Source of the DNA: Prorocentrum cordatum
Lineage: Eukaryota
Assembly (NCBI GenBank): GCA_963575745.1
Contig: CAUYUJ010000037.1
Location: forward strand, 186,001 to 250,000
Length of the DNA: 64,000 bases
Direction: 5' to 3'
Shown here: positions 1-12,479 of the stretch, one piece after another
How the letters are laid out: each line of letters starts with the position of its first letter
How positions within the stretch are numbered: position 1 is the stretch's first letter
Notes under the pieces: model-generated
Databases searched by the model: none
What the model saw: the letters and a program-made list of their open reading frames with translations, nothing else
Told to the model about the DNA's origin: nothing
Program-made: the position numbers and the translations under genes

Positions 1-3000
1 TCGAGAACTTGGCAGCGTTCAAAACCCGGAGAGCGAAGAGACCCTCGAGACAGGAAAAATGTTCTAGAGACCTCTGCCGGGCTCCCTTGAAGCGTTTCGA
101 GAGCGCTGCCAAGTACGCTTCCATGCGTGCCTGCACGCGTGCAGGCACGCCTAAAGTGCTTCGAAAGCGCTGCCAGGTACGCGTCCATGCGCGCCTGCAC
201 CCGTGCAGGCACGCGTCGACGCGTGCCAGAAACTCTCCAGGATTCGCTGCGACCCCAAACGAACTGGCGCGGGCGGTGAACCGTCAACCTCGTCACCGCC
301 GGGAACCTCGTAGAGCTCCTTTGACGCGTAGGAGTGCTCAGAGTCGAAAGAGAGAGCTTCTGGAAGCATTTCTCGAAAAAGGGAAAAAAAGATTTTTTTC
401 GTGTCGACATTAAGATGGTTCCGCCAAGTGTTTTGATAGTAAAAGTGCGCCTACGGAGCTCATACTAAGACAGAGAAGCCCTCATAGTCGTTTACAGGTG
501 CGAAAAATCTGCTTTCACAAAATGAATTTTCAATTGGTAGCGTCCAACTGGGCGCCTGCGGGAAACCGTCAACCTTGGTTACCGCCGGGAGACTCGTAGA
601 GCTTCCTAGCTCGACTTAAGTTGAGAAAACCAACAGCACCTACCAACATTCCGACTCATAGTGAATATGTTTTGACCTCTGAATGCGACAGGCGGACGCG
701 TCTGATGTCTGCGAATCGACTCCTGTCATTACCAGCCCTCCAGCTCCCCTACAGCCGGAGTTATGTGCAGAAGACCGACAGCACCTCTCAGGATGACTCG
801 AACAATACAGTAGTTTCGCAGACCTAATTCGGGCAGCAGACGGAGTTCCGAGCTCTTGATTCGACAGGCGGACGCGCCTGATGTCTTCGAATCGATTCAT
901 GTGACCACCAGCACTGTAGCCCCCTCAGCGCGAGTTGAGTGAAGAAAACCGAGAGCACTTCTCAAGATGACTCGACCAATACGAATAGTTTCGCGATTCT
1001 AAATCGGGCAGCAGACCGAGTTCAGAGCTCTGGATTCGACAGACAAACGCAACTGATCATTCTGAATCGGTGTCTGTAAATATCAGCTCTGTAGCTGTCC
1101 TACAGCTCGAGTTAAGTACAGAAAATCGAGAGTTCCTGTCAAGATGACTCGAATAATACGAATAGGTTTGCGGACCTAGCTCGGCTAACAAACCGAGTTC
1201 AGACCTCTGGATTCAACAGGCGAACGCGCCTAATCATTCTACATCGATTAGCTGTGCTTACCAGCTGTTCTAAAGCTCGAGTTAAGTTCGGAAAACCGTC
1301 AGCGCGTATCAAGATGACTCAAAACGACCGATCCCGCCACAGTGCTTTCGATATTAATATTCACCCGATCGAGCTGAGATTAAGATGGCGCGCGGGAATA
1401 AGATCGAATATCACGGGAAAAATACTAGAGCTCTAACGAATGTTCAAATTTTGAGAACATAATTTTCAACTGGACGCCGGCGGTAAACCGTCAACCTTTG
1501 TTACCGCCGGGGGACTCGTAGAGCTTCCTGACAACATGTAATGTCGAAGAAAATTACATAGAAAAAATTGTTTCTCAGCCCAAGCAACTGGCGCCGGCGG
1601 TAAACCGTCAACCTGGTCACCGCCGGGAACCTCGTAGAGCTCCTAGCACGCGTAAGAGTGCTCAGCATCAAAAGAGAGGGCTTCTGGAAGCATTTCTCGA
1701 AAAAGAGAAACCATGATTTTGTCATGTCGACATAAAGATGGTTCCGCCAAGTGTTTTGATAGTAAAAGTGCATCTAGAGAGCTCATATTCAGACGCAGAG
1801 GCCCTCGAAGTCGTTTACAGGTGCGAAAAATCTGCACTCAAAATAAATTGTCAAATATCTTTCAAATATTCGCAGAACCACCGAAAAGTTGTCACATTGT
1901 CCGCCTCGGCCGGGTGGGCCAACTAGCTCCACCCCGCGCCGGAATTCCTCGTAGCTCATCGATGTCGAAGAGCTCTACGAGGCACTGGGAACCGGCGGTA
2001 AACCGTCAACCAGGTTACCGCCGGGGCCCTCGTAGAGCTCTTTTCTTACACGGCGCTCCTCGGTAAGCATTAAGAAAGCGCCCAGAGCAAGACCTGGGAA
2101 ACTCGAAAAATCACGTTTTTCTGTTTTTATCCAAGATCGGTTCCCCCAAGTGTTTTCATAGTAATACTGCTGCACCTATGGGCCTCAAAATTTTACTGGC
2201 GGACGCGGCATAACCCATTACAGGTGCGAAAAATCTGCCTTCTGAAAATCAATTGTCAAATATCCTTCAATTTTTCACACAACCACCCAAAAGTTATCAC
2301 TTTGTCCTTTCTGGCCGGGTCGGCCAACTAGCTCCACCCCGCGCCGGAATTCCTCTAGCTCATCGATGCCGAAGAGCTCTACGAGGTATTTCAGACCTCT
2401 TAGATGCAACAGCCGAACGCCCCCGATGCTTCTGGATTGTCTTCTGTACGAGCTCTGTAGCGCTTCTACAGCCCGAGTTACGTGCGTAAATCGACAGCAC
2501 CTCTCGAGATGACGAATTGTTTGGCAAACCCAGCTCGAGTATCAGACGGCCGCCCTACAGCCCGAGCTAGTGCAGGAAACCCACAGCACCTCTCAGGATG
2601 ACTGGAACTGGGCGCCGGCGGTAAACCGTCAACCTTTGTTACCGCCGGGGGACTCGTAGAGCTTCCTGATAACATATAATGTCGAAAAAAAATACACATA
2701 AACAAAAAAAAATCCAGCCCAAGCAATTTCAAACCTCTCGGATGCAACAGCTGAACGCCCCCGATGCTTCTGGATTGTCTTCTATACGAGCTCTGTAGCT
2801 CTCCTACAGCCCGAATTACGTGCGTAAATCGACAGCATCTGCAAGATGACTCGAACAATAGGAATAGTTCGGCAAAACTAGCTCGAGTATCAGACCGAGT
2901 TCAGACCTCTGATTAGCAGCCCTGGAGCCACCCTACAGCCCGAGATAAGTGTAGAAAACCGACAGCGACTCTCAAGATGACTCGAACAATACGAATAGTT

Positions 3001-6000
3001 TCGCGGACCTAGTTCAGGCAGCAGACAGAGTTCGGAGCTCTGGATTCGAAAGGCGGACGCGCCTGATGTCTCCGAAATGATCCCTGAATTACCAGCCCTG
3101 TAGTGCCCCTACAGCCTGCGTTAAGTACAGAAAACCGACAGCTCTTCTCAAGATGACTCGAACAATACGAATAGTTTCTCGATTCTAGATCGGGCGGCAA
3201 ACCGAGTTCAGAGCTCTGGATTCAACAGACAACGGCCACTGATGATTCCCAATCAAATTCTGTACGTATGAGCTCTGTAGCTGTTCTGTAGCTCGAGTTA
3301 AGTACAGAAAAACGAGAGCGTCTGTCAAGATGACTCGAATAATACGAATAGGTTTGCGGACCTAGCTCGGCTAGCAGACCGAGTTCAGACCTCTGGGTTC
3401 AACAGGCGAACGCGCCTGATCATTCTGAATCGATTAGCTGTCTCACCAGCTCTGTAACTGTCCTGAAGCTCGAGTTATCCTAAGAAAACCGACAGCGCGT
3501 ATCAAAATGACTCGAAACGGCCGATCCCGCCGGAGTGCTTTTTGGCAGTAAAAGGTACCCGATCGAGCTGAGATCAAGACGGCAAGCGGGTATAAGATCT
3601 AATATCACGGGAAAAATACCAGAGCTCTAACGAATTGTTGAATTTCGAGAACAAATTAACCGACCAAAAGTCACCAAAAGATCCGTCGAGATTTTTCTTG
3701 CCAACTAGCTCTCCAGCGCCCCGGAATTACTCTTAAGCTTCCAGCAATAACTTGCTAAGGGATGCTCTACGAGTTACTTGGTAGTGTCCACTTGGTAGCG
3801 TCCAAAACCCGGAGAGCGAAGACGCCGTCGGGAAGGAAAAACTGGGCGCCGGCGGTAAACCGTCAACCTTTGTTTTTGCGGCTTTGCGAGGCTCCTACTG
3901 GCCCTAGGGCCACGAGCAAGCACGAGGTCAGGTGTCTTCAGGAAGCGAAAGCTCTTATTCGAACATAAAGTCAAGACAACCCAGAAGCAGCGAAGCTGCG
4001 ATGAATCATCAATCACAAATATGAGCGAAAGAGCAAAACGCACACAGAAATGAATCAAAATGCAGTCAACTAATCATGCAAGAGAAATGGAGAACTCTCA
4101 GCGAAGCTGAGTATATCATAGTCAGGGAAAGAAACAGCGAATTGAGAAACTGCAACTATCAAGTCTGTGGTAACCATAGAGCTGCCTGTGGGAGCGCAGT
4201 CACGATGCACTCCAAAGCACTGAGTTCTGTATCAGTAACAGTTGTAGTTGGACAAATAAGCCAAGCCCTCTCAAAAACTGACTTCCATATCAGCTGAACG
4301 GGGTCCCGTCGATCCCAAAACCGTGGTTACCGCCGGGGGACTCGTAGAGCTTCCTGACAGTATATAATGTGAAATTAATTCCAGAGAACGACTAGTTTTC
4401 AGCCCAAGCGATTTCAGACCTCTCAAGATGACTCTGACAAAAAAGACGAACAGTTTGGCAACCCAGCTCGAGTATCAAACCGAGTTCAGACCTCTAAATG
4501 CGACAGGCAGACGCGTCTGATGTCTGCGAATCGACTCCTGTGATTACCAGCCCTGCAGCCCCCCTACAGCCCGAGTTAAGTGCAGAAAACCGACAGCTGC
4601 TCTCAGGATAACTCGAATAATACAATAGTATTGCGGACCTAGTTCGATCAGCAGACCGAGTTCCGAGCTCTGGGTTCGACAGACGGACGCGCCTGTTGTC
4701 TCCAAATCGATTTCTGTGATCAGCAGCACTGTAACCCTCCCCCAGCACGAGTTAAGTGCAGAAAACGGAGAGCACTCTCAAGATGGTCGAATCGTACGAA
4801 TAATTTCGCGAACCTAGCTCGGGGAGCAGGCCGAGTTCAGAGCTCTCGATTGGACAGACAAACGCGCCTAATGATTCCCAATCGATTTCTGTCACTGTGA
4901 GCTCTGTAACTGCCCTACAGCTCGAGTTGAGTACAGAAAACTGAGAGCGTCTGCTAGGATGACTCGAATAATACGAATAGGTTCCCGGACCTAGCTCGGC
5001 TAGCAGACCGAGTTCAGACCTCTCGATTCAACAGACGAACGCGCCTGATCATTCTGGATCGAATAGCTGTGCTTACCAGCTCTGTAGCTGTCCTGAAGCT
5101 CGAGTTATCTTCAGACAAAACCAACAGCGCGTATCAAGATGACTCGAAACGGCCGATCCCGCCGGAGTGCTTTTTGGCAGTAAAAGGTACCCGATCGAGC
5201 TGAGATCAAGATGGCGGGAATAAGATCGAATATCACGGGAAAAATACTAGAGCTGAAACGAATGGTTGAATTTCGAGAACCAAATTTTCAACCGACCAAA
5301 AGTCACCAAAAGGTCTGTTGAGATTTTTCTTGCCAACTAGCTCTCCAGCGCCCCGGAATTACTCTTAAGCTTCCTGCAATAACTTGCTAAGGGAAGCTCT
5401 ACGAGTTACTGGAGAGCGAAGACGCCGTCGGGAAGGAAAAACTTGCTAGCGTCCAAAACCCGGAGAGCGAAGACCTCTGGGAAGCAGAACTTGGCAGCGT
5501 CCAAAACCCGAAGAGCGAAGAGAATCTCGGGGAAGGGGAATCTTTTCTGGAGAGACTTGGGGGGCCCCCCTGGAGCGCTGCGAAAGCGCTGCCAGAAACA
5601 CTTCCATGCGTGCCTGCACGCATGCAGGCACGCGTGGAAGCTTGCCGGAATCTCTCCCGGACACGTTGCCGGGCCGCGGGAGGCGCTGCGGGGAACTGGG
5701 AACCGGCGGTGAACCGTCAACCAAGCTACCGCCGGGCTCCTCGTAGAGCTCTTTTCTTACACAGCGCTCCTCCGAACACGCGAAGGAAGCTTCCGAAGCG
5801 AGAGCCGAAAAACTCGAAAAATTACGATTTTTCGGTTTTCACACAGTGGGTTCCTCCAAGTGGTTTGATAGTAATACTGGACCTAGAGCCATGAAAAAAT
5901 TGACAGCAGGTGCGCCATAGCTTACTACAGGGAATAAAAATCTCACTTCTAAAAACAAACTTCAAAATTTGCATAAAGTGAGAAACACCGATCCCAGGTT

Positions 6001-8417
6001 ACCACAACCTCTCTTTTCGTCGGGCCGGCCAACTAGCTCCACCCTGCGCCCGAATTCCACTTAGCTCTTTGCCGAAGAGCTCTACGAGGCACTGGGAACC
6101 GGCGGTAAACCGTCAACCAAGTTACCGCCGGGCACCTCGTAGAGCTCTCTTCTTACACAGCGCTCCTCCGAAAACGTGAAGGAAGCTTCTGAAGCGAGAG
6201 CCGAAAGATTCGAAAAATGACGATTGCTCGGTTTTCATACAGTGGGTTCCTCAAAGTGTTTTGATAGTAATACTGGACCTAGAGCCATGAAAATTTTACC
6301 AGCAGGTGCGCCATAGCTTACTACAGGGAATAAAAATCTCACTTCTAAAACGAACTTCAAAATTTTACATAAAGTGAAAAATACCGACCCCAGGTTACCA
6401 CATTCTCTCTTTTCGTCGGGCCGGCCAACTAGCTCCACCCTGCGCCCGAATTCCTCTTAGCTCTTTGCGGAAGAGCTCTACGAGGTACGTGGACCGCCGT
6501 GGAGGAGCTCCTGGGGGCACCACCACCGTCCGGCTTCTAATCTTAAACCTTTTAGCTCTCAGCGAGCTCTCCGGGAAAAGAGCTGGGGCGCTACCCTGAA
6601 GCGCTTCGGAGGCGCTGCCAGGAACGCTTCCACGCGTGCCTGCACGCGTGCAGGCACGCGTGGACGCTTGCCAGAAGCTCCCCCGGACACCCCGCCGGGT
6701 CAGGCGAGCTGCTGCGGGGATTCTGGAGCGGCGGAGATGGACTGCTGGCGGGCACCACCACCGTCCGGGTTCTTATCTAAAACTCTCTAGCTCTCAGAGA
6801 GCCCTCGGGGAATCCTTCCTCGAGGGCGTTGGGGGGCTCCCCTGCAGCGCTGTCGAAGCGCTGCCAAGAACGCTTCCACACGTGCCCGCACGCGTGCAGG
6901 CACACGTGGACAGCGCCTCGAACCCGCTGCCGACTCGCCGGAGTTTCTGCGAGGCCTGTGGAGCGACGGAAAGAAGCTCCTGGCGGGCACCACCACCGTC
7001 TGGCTTCTAATCTTAAACCCTTTAGCCCTCAGCAAGCTCTCCGGGAAAAACCCGGAGAGCAAAGGGCAAACACACCAGAAAGCGTTCCAGGCGAGCCGTG
7101 CAACGATCTCGCCAAGCTACTCTGGCGCTCTGGAGAGTCTCCGTGCGGCGCTGCGGAAGCGCTACCAGAAACGCTTCCATGCGTGCCTGCACGCGCGCAG
7201 GCACGCGTGGGCGCTTGCTGGAAGCTCTCCCGGACCAGCTGCCGGGCCGAACGAGCCGCTGCGAGGATTCTGGAGCGGCGGAGATGGGCTACTGGCGGGC
7301 ACCACCAACGACCGGCTTCTTATCTTAAACCCTCTAGCTCGCAGCGAGCTCTCCGGGAACAGTACGAATAGTTTCGCGGACCTAGTTCGGGCAGCAGACA
7401 GAGTTCAGAGCTCTGGATTCGACAGGCGGCGCGCCTCATGTCTCGGCATCGATTCCAGTCAGCCCGAGTTAAGTAACTCGTAGAGCTTCCCTTAGCGAGT
7501 TATTGCTGGAAGCTTAAGAATAATTCCGGGGCGCTGGAGAGCTAGTTGGCAAGAAAAATCTCGACGGACCTTTTGGTGACTTTTGGTCGGTTGAAAACTT
7601 TGTTCTCCAAGTTTGAACATTCGTTGGAGCTCTAGTATTTTTTCCCATGATATTCGATTTTATCTCCGCTCGCCATCTTGATCTCAGCTTGATCGGGTAG
7701 CTTTTACTGCCAAAAAACACACGGGCGGGATCGGCCGTTTCGAGTTGTCTTGATAGGCAGTGACGGTTTTCTCAAGATAACTCGAGCTTCAGGACAGCTA
7801 CAGAGCTGGTAAGCACAGCTAGTCGATTCAGAATGATCAGCCGCGTTCGCCTCTTGAACCCAGAGGTCTGAACTCGGTCTGCTAGCCGAGCTAGGTCCGT
7901 AAACCTATTCGTATTATTCGAGTCATCTGGACAGACGCTCTCGGTTTTCTGTACTTAACTCGAGCTACAGGACAGCTACAGAGCTGATACGTACAGACTC
8001 TGATTCAGAATGATCAGTGGCCGTTGTCTGTCGAACCCAGAGCTCGGAACTCGGTCTGTTGCTCGAACTAGGTTCGCAAAACTATTAATAGTATTCGAGT
8101 TATCCTGAGAGCTGCTGTCTCAACTCGGGCTATGGGCTGCATGGCTGATAATCACTGGAATCGATTCGGAGACATCAGACGCGTCCGCCTTTCGAAACCA
8201 GAGCTCCGAACTCTGTCTGCTGCCCAAAGTAGGTCCGCAAAACTATTCGTATTGTTCGAGTCATCCTGAGAGGTGCTGTCGGTTCCCTGCACTTAATTAA
8301 CTCGGGCTGTAAGGGGGGGCTGCGGGGCTGGTAATCACAGGAATCGATTCAGAGACATCAGACGCGCCCGCCTGTTGCATGCAGGAGAGGTGTGAAATTG
8401 CTTGGGCTGAAAAATTA
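1..8417. repeat. Complex satellite of ~170-177 bp units, ~350 bp and ~1.1 kb inverted-repeat-bounded cassettes and palindromic linkers
   Basis: CAAGATGACTCGA-type unit starts recur at ~788, 963, 1140, 1310 and again through 2840-3520 and 4420-5150. There is a 396-bp tandem duplication (5694-6089 / 6090-6485). 7474-8417 is the reverse complement of the ~4400-5410 type sequence. Confidence 0.9.
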
Positions 8418-8519
8418 TTCCCCATATCCTAAGGATTGGGGTTCTTGTTATTACTCTGACGCCTCCCACTCCTCCTCCTTCCTCCCGCCTCCCGCCTCCC
8501 TCCCCCCAATGATAATCAC

Positions 8520-8832
8520 CAGATAAGACAAGACAACATAAGATACTATAAGATAAGATAAGATAGCACAAGATATGATAAGGTAAGATAAGATATAGGA
8601 CAAGGTAGGATAATAGATAAGATAAGACAGCCTATGGAGTAATAAGATAAGACAAGATATGATGCGATAAGATGAGTTGATATAAGATAAGCTAAGACAA
8701 GATAAGAGATTTCAAGATAAGATAAGATAGAGGGTAATAAAGGTAAGATAAGATAGGACTCGATAAGATAAGATGAGACTCACTCTCACTCAGACTCACT
8801 CACAGTCACATTCACTCACACTCACACTCTCT
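8520..8832. repeat. Degenerate (GATAA)n microsatellite followed by (CACT)n-like repeat
   Basis: Directly visible. Confidence 0.9.
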
Positions 8833-9562
8833 CATGATCACAAAACGCTGCCAGGGGCATCATTTGGGAGCCCCAAGGGGGAGCCACCCTGGCTGATCTC
8901 ACGAGCCCGTTCGCGCCGATTTTGGTGGGACGTCTCAGCTAGAATTGCCGTTTGGCCTCCCCAACATGTATCTCTTGAGAGCCTCATGGTCACAAAACGC
9001 TGCCAGGGGCATCATTTGGGAGCCCCAAGGGGGAGCCACCCTGGCTGATCTCACGAGCCCGTTCGCGCCGATTTTGGTGGGACGTCTCAGCTAAAATTGC
9101 CGTTTGGCCTCCCCAACATGTATCTCTTGAGAGCCTCATGGTCACAAAACGCTGCCAGGGGCATCATTTGGGAGCCCCAAGGGGGAGCCACCCTGGCTGA
9201 TCTCACGAGCCCGTTCGCGCCGATTTTGGTGGGACGTCTCAGCTAGAATTGCCGTTTGGCGCCCCCAACATGTATCTCTTGAGAGCCTCATGGTCACAAA
9301 ACGCTGCCAGGGGCATCATTTGGGAGCCCCAAGGGGGAGCCACCCTGGCTGATCTCACGAGCCCGTTCGCGCCGATTTTGGTGGGACGTCTCAGCTAAAA
9401 TTGCCGTTTGGCGCCCCCAACATGTATCTCTTGAGAGCCTCATGGTCACAAAACGCTGCCAGGGGCATCATTTGGGAGCCCCAAGGGGGAGCCACCCTGG
9501 CTGATCTCACGAGCCCGTTCGCGCCGATGTTGGTGGGGCGCCTCAGCTAGAATTGCCGTTTG
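8831..9562. repeat. 152-bp tandem repeat, ~4.8 near-identical copies
   Basis: CACAAAACGCTGCCAGGGG at 8839, 8991, 9143, 9295, 9447 (period 152). Confidence 0.95.
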
Positions 9563-9577
9563 CGAGAGAAAGAGAGA

Positions 9578-9629
<52 letters not shown>

Positions 9630-9714
9630 GAGAGAGAGAGAGAGAAAGAAAGAGAGAGAAAAGAGAGAAGAGAGGAGAGAGGAGAGAGGAGAGAGAGAGA
9701 GAGAGAGATAGAGT

Positions 9715-9764
<50 letters not shown>
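9563..9764. repeat. (GA)n microsatellite, 3' flank of the retrotransposon
   Basis: Directly visible. Confidence 0.95.
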
Positions 9765-9768
<4 letters not shown>

Positions 9769-10166
9769 AAGTGGAGAGATCGGACAAGTAGGCGGACCAG
9801 GGTCCGTCCGCGAGGCGCACTGCGGTGCGACAACTCGCATACACTATTTGCGGCGGTGCAGCCTTTAGATACGAGGGCGGGCAACAAAAAAAAAAACCCT
9901 CCCCCGGCGCAGTGCGACAGACGCTACAGACGGCGGACAGACGATGATGATCTCACCTGTCAGACCGCCACACCGTGAAGACACCGACAAAAGGCCCCAC
10001 CAAGACAAGAAAGCGACGTGCTGACACGTGGCTAGGCGGCTTGGCAGACCGCCAGTTGGGCGCTTGGCCGCTAGCGGCGCGCAGTGACGGGGCACCCCCC
10101 GCCCCCACGCCCTGACACCGTGGACGCGGAGCCACGCGTACACACGGGCAGGCAGAAAGGAGGAGA

Positions 10167-10583
10167 TTAGCGCGGGGCACCAGGTGGAGCGCCGCGGAAC
10201 GATGACAACATAGCTTGGATGTTGAGTGACGGCACGGCACCATCGGGCGAGGCCGTGAGTAGCTCGGCAAAGGCTCGCCCAGCACTGTGGAGGCGCTGGA
10301 GTAGAGGGCCTTGACGAGCTTGGGCGGCGGCGAGGTCCGCGGCGAGAGCTAAGCACCTCTGCTGGAGGGCAGCCATAGCCTGTGACAGCTCGGTTTCGCG
10401 GTCGGTGAGGGGTGGCTGCTCTGTGCCAGCAGCCGAGGGCCTCGAGACAGAGGCGAGGTCCTCGGTGCGCCTGTCCAAATGGTGGACTAGCGTAGTGCGG
10501 GACCCAGTACGCTGGCGTCCGTCACCCTTGAAATGTGATTGGAGGGGCCGACGCGACCCCAGGGCTGGAGCCGCTAGGGCCAC
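10167..10583 (-). CDS. Small helical/coiled-coil ORF near the element's 3' end (possibly a frameshifted ORF2 tail)
   Basis: ETELSQAMAALQQRCLALAADLAAAQARQ looks like an amphipathic helix and is on the element's strand. Confidence 0.35.
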   Translation of the reverse strand: MALAAPALGSRRPLQSHFKGDGRQRTGSRTTLVHHLDRRTEDLASVSRPSAAGTEQPPLTDRETELSQAMAALQQRCLALAADLAAAQARQGPLLQRLHSAGRAFAELLTASPDGAVPSLNIQAMLSSFRGAPPGAPR

Positions 10584-10643
10584 GCCCCGAGAGGTCGGGA
10601 GAGCCGCTTCCTCTCGCTTAGCAACGATGGAAGCGTGGATGGG

Positions 10644-11624
10644 TCACGAGGGCCTGTCTGGTTTAGTACCCTGCGGGGGGGCTGAAGCCGCCCCCGCTGG
10701 CTGCCGGCGGTGGGGGGGCGGAGTGGTTTGCGCGGTGGGACCAGTCATGATGCCGTGCAAGGGCTCTGAGGTCGGTCGCGTAGAAGGTTGGCGTCTCGGT
10801 AGGGCGGCATGGTCGGCAGCGTGTGGTATCGGCGGTGCGTCCTCCATGCCACTCGGTCCTCGGGGGTCACCCAGGTCATGGTCGGCGTCCTGGCGGTGGC
10901 CGATATCATCGTAAGTGGGCGATATCGCTCTCGGGGACGGAGTCGCAGTAGGGGTCGAGAGGTTTCCCGACGGGGCGGGGTTTTCGCTGGCTGGTCCGTC
11001 GTCCAAAGCGTCCGATCCCCCACCGAAGCTGAACAGGTCATCCTCCTGTTCGTCAGCGTCTTGAAAATGAGCGGCGTTGTCATGTGGGTGCGCTGCCGCT
11101 CTCAATGGCGGAGTCGGGGGCGCCGTGCGGGCACCCGACGGGGCAGGGTTGGCGCTGGCTGGCCCGTCGCCCAGGAAGTCCAGGCCTCCACCAAAGCCGA
11201 ACGGGTCGTCCTCCTGTTCGTCGAATAACACCCGTTTGGCCTCGGCCCAGAGCTCGTCGGGGTCTTGTGGGATGTCTGGTCCAGCCGCGGGTGGTGCCTG
11301 GTCAGACAGCAGGGGATTTGGTTCCATTTTGTTTAGTTCCGCAGCTGTGAAACCAGCCCTGCGGTGTGGGAGGGGGAGTGTACGGTGTCTACGCTCGTAG
11401 ATGGCGACAGCAACTCCATGAAGCACGGTCGCTTGGCGATGTCGTGATTTGGCAGCTTCGACAATGTCGTCTGGAAGGTTATGAGTACGTGCCGCCGTTG
11501 TGGCGAGGGCGTCAGCCTGATGATTGAACTCCTCCGCGATGGGCCCGATGAGCCCGAGGTCGATGCCCATGTCGCCCTGGTGGCTGGCGACTTTCTCGAC
11601 GCGGAACATGTTGGGCTTGGCCAT
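10644..11624 (-). pseudogene. RNase H C-terminal part plus acidic/Pro-rich tail of ORF2
   Basis: KVASHQG...NHQADALA completes RNase H after a frameshift at ~11630. The tail has a duplicated DEQEDDxFxFGGGxDxLxDGPASxNPAPSG. Confidence 0.8.
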
Positions 11625-11630
11625 GACGCA

Positions 11631-12479
11631 TCAGTGGATCTTTTCCCAGAGCTCCACGTGCGTGCCCTGCGGTGGTAAGTGTCCGTCGATGATCCTTTGG
11701 AGACCGTCAACCACCGCCTGGTTGTCCACAAAAACGTGTACGGGCCGTTCGGCACATGCCGTGAGGTGGACAATGGCGAGGGTCTCCGCAAGCTGTGCGT
11801 TCTGCGTGATGCCGTGAACGCGTGCACTGTAGTTCATGCGGTGGTCGATGCCGTAGTAGACGCCGTAGCCCGCTCGTGCAAGCAATGGGATGGCTTGGTT
11901 GGTGCATGCACCGTCCGTGGCAGCGTAGACCCATGTCCAACCAGTGTCATGGTCGAGGTAGGTGGTGTAGGAATCCTGGGCTGAAGCCGCAGGATCTCCC
12001 TCAGGTGGGGGCCGCGGTATGGGCTGAGGTAGCGGGTCCCTCGCGAGGTCGGCCTGCAGGTCGAGGAGGGCTGGGTCTTCATCGAAGAGCCCGCAGTGTA
12101 TTGTGTGCGGTGGAAGACGGGCCCACTGCTCGTCACTGATGAGGGTGGTAAGAGGGACTCTTTCTCGGGCCCAGCACTTGCAGTCGCGAACAGTGTGCTC
12201 CTGAGTTTCCTCTTCCTCGTCGCAGTATCGGCAGATGGGGCTGGGGTCAGCGGACGTGTTTGATCGGGATCGTCGCTGTTGGGTGTGGTCCCCGCCCGAC
12301 AGGGAGTTAAGGAGGAGCGCCAGCTGCCATGCGTTGCATTTGGCTGCTCCTTTCGTTCGGGCGAGCCACGTGCTGGCGAAGAGGTCGAGGCCCTGTCTGA
12401 CAGAGGCCAGGTGTCCAAGGTCATGACGCCGTGGCTTGATTTTTCTCAGAAAGGCTCTGCGTTGTGAGGCGCGCAGCAT
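11631..12479 (-). pseudogene. CCHC zinc finger plus RNase H (N-terminal part) of ORF2
   Basis: Contains CRYCDEEEETQEHTVRDC, ATDGACTNQ...AGYGVYYG, NAQLAETLA and VFVDNQAVVDG. Confidence 0.88.

Noticed and set aside
9085..9108. Resemblance of the minus-strand GCAATTTTAGCTGAG in the 152-bp repeat to the dinoflagellate spliced leader (GCCATTTTGGCTCAAG)
   Set aside because: Only ~11 of 15 positions match and the CCGTA 5' part is missing; could be chance.
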